Source of the DNA: Zancudomyces culisetae HAW-14-8
Lineage: Eukaryota > Fungi > Kickxellomycota
Assembly: GCA_052426225.1 (NCBI GenBank)
Contig: JBNJNM010000021.1
Span: 1,612,001-1,676,000 of the forward strand
DNA length: 64,000 nucleotides
Reading direction: 5' to 3'
Both the position numbers and the translations under genes were made by a program. Shown piece by piece: positions 62,234-64,000 of this stretch. Numbering within the stretch: the stretch's first letter is position 1; every line of letters begins with the position of its first letter. The notes below the pieces were generated by a model. That model made no database searches. It was given only the letters and a program-made list of their open reading frames with translations, and was not told the origin of the DNA.

Positions 62234-63863
62234 TCAGTCTAAAACAGCATATTTCTTTAGATGAGATGGAATAGCATCCATCAAATTCTTGCTTTCCAAC
62301 CATGACTTGCTAAACAGCCTTGACTGGTATCTGTATGCACCATCACACAAAATCGTAACAACAGTTTTTCCAGGTCCAAGAATCTTTGCCATCTCATACG
62401 CTGCGACGACGTTGAGTGCTGTTGACGCACCAAAATAAAGCCCATCCTCATCAAGTAATCTGTATAGCTATTTTTAATTTTTTATGCACATTTGAGAGAT
62501 TTTTTTTCAATCTTTTATCAATATATACACTAAAGGGTTTTTACAGCAGTATATGAAATTTATTGTTTCTATTTCAGTTCAATCTTACAGTCTTTATCGT
62601 ATCTTGGTCGGGAATCAACAACGAATCGTCAATCAGGCCGATATCGGGCTTCAAATTCTCGGTAATTCTTCCTTGCCCAATTCCTTCGGTTATCGAAGAT
62701 CCAGCTCTTTCTGAAAGCTTTCCACCACTTTTTATATAGCTGTATATAACACTTCCTGGTGGGTCAGCTACAAAACACTTTACTCCAGGAACATTTTCCT
62801 TCAAATACCTGGTTACTCCTGCAAAAGTTCCACCTGTGCCTGTAGAACATGTAAAGCCATCGATCTTACCACCCGTCTGATCTACAATCTCCGGGCCCGT
62901 TGTTAGTATGTGTGCTTGCCTGTTAGCTGTATTGTCAAACTGATTAGTCCAAATGGCTCCCTCAGTAGCTTCTGCGTATCTTTTTGCCTGGTGATTGTAG
63001 TTATCCGGGTGTTCATATGCCACTGCTGGTACTGGTCGTACATCAGCACCTATTTATTTATTTTTACAATTGTTTAGGAATTATGGGTGTGTGTCCAAGA
63101 TAGGCGAGGCGAGAGGAGTTGTGTTAAAGGGATTCATAAAAAATGGCGGAATATTGCCTAATTGGTAATATTTCGAGACAACCCTTCGCCTTTCCTTCTC
63201 TTCTGATATACTTTCTTTTACTAGAGATAGCAAGGCTGGGCTTATACTTACCCAACATCTTCAAAAGATTTATTTTTTCAGCACTCTGGGTGTTTGGCAT
63301 GTAAATAACACATTTGTACCCCCTATCACGGCAGACATGAGCCAATCCGATTCCAGTATTTCCAGCAGTTCCTTCAACAACTGTACCACCAGGCTTCAAC
63401 AGTCCCTTATCTTCTGCGTCTTTAACGACATAAAGAGCTGCTCTGTCCTTTACTGATCCACCTGGATTCATAAACTCAGCCTTTCCCAGTATGTTGCATC
63501 CTGTTTCTTTGCTTAGAGACTTAATTTTTATCTAGTATTGGATTTTTGACATATATTTTACTTGGACTTCGTATATTTATTACACAGAGATACCTTTGTA
63601 GCAATATAATTTAAACAATATTACAAAACAAAAAAACAAGGAGAAACAGTAATATGAAATGTGACATACTAATGGTGTGTTCCCAACTGCTCCTGCAAAC
63701 CCATTCACAATCTATACACAGTGTTTATATTTTATTGGTTTCTAGTGTCTTTTTAGAAAACCATTTCATAAGAATAAGACTCAATTCCATTATAGCTTAC
63801 TTTCATTTGCTGCGTAGCTGTAGTAGAAAGAAATCTACTAAAGCTTTGTTTGGTAAAAGACAT
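62234..63863 (-). CDS. Cysteine synthase (O-acetylserine sulfhydrylase type), multi-exon, with presequence-like first exon
   Basis: [25 protein letters not shown] (PLP lysine), [33 protein letters not shown] across GT-AG-separated exons. Confidence 0.92.
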
Positions 63864-64000
63864 TTTTTCCGATTTGACGCCTGTTAAATCCTCACCTTTT
63901 CCTGTTCTTGTATAAATAAGGTTGTGTGAATTGTGGAATTGTTGAGAGGGGTTTTGATTGAAATATACCACTTTTACTCCTTCTCAAATGGTTCATACAA

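Overview
AT-rich eukaryotic DNA with GT-AG introns, most likely from an early-diverging fungus (Zoopagomycota/Harpellales-like; this is an inference from gene content and composition). There are three zones. (1) 1-25.2 kb is almost entirely mobile DNA. From 9154 to 25179, at least eleven Ty3/Gypsy insertions (one intact element, one decayed full-length element, one 3' remnant, eight solo LTRs) are stacked end to end directly upstream of one tRNA-Gly(TCC) gene. Their 3-4 bp junction duplications can be removed one by one, back to a short tRNA leader of the form ACA(A)CATG. The stack therefore reads as a polarised, chronological record, newest next to the tRNA. A second class of solo LTRs with 5-bp TSDs is nested inside older elements. 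The zone also has a PEG10/sushi-like Gypsy fragment with a -1 frameshift pseudoknot, a dead Tc1 element joining two unrelated retroelement halves, and a tyrosine-recombinase (DIRS-like) remnant. (2) 25.3-38 kb is gene-poor: a 7TM receptor-like gene, an intronless, probably secreted, bacterial-type NamZ/DUF1343 peptidoglycan hydrolase, and a DUF4246 gene. (3) 38-64 kb holds housekeeping genes: fused ATP-citrate lyase, TTC36, shugoshin, MCM2, a bZIP factor, ATP synthase beta, an ornithine-type mitochondrial carrier, HIS2 and cysteine synthase. This zone shows a strong purine/pyrimidine strand skew that flips in mid-gene every few kb. All alignments and coordinates were read by eye.
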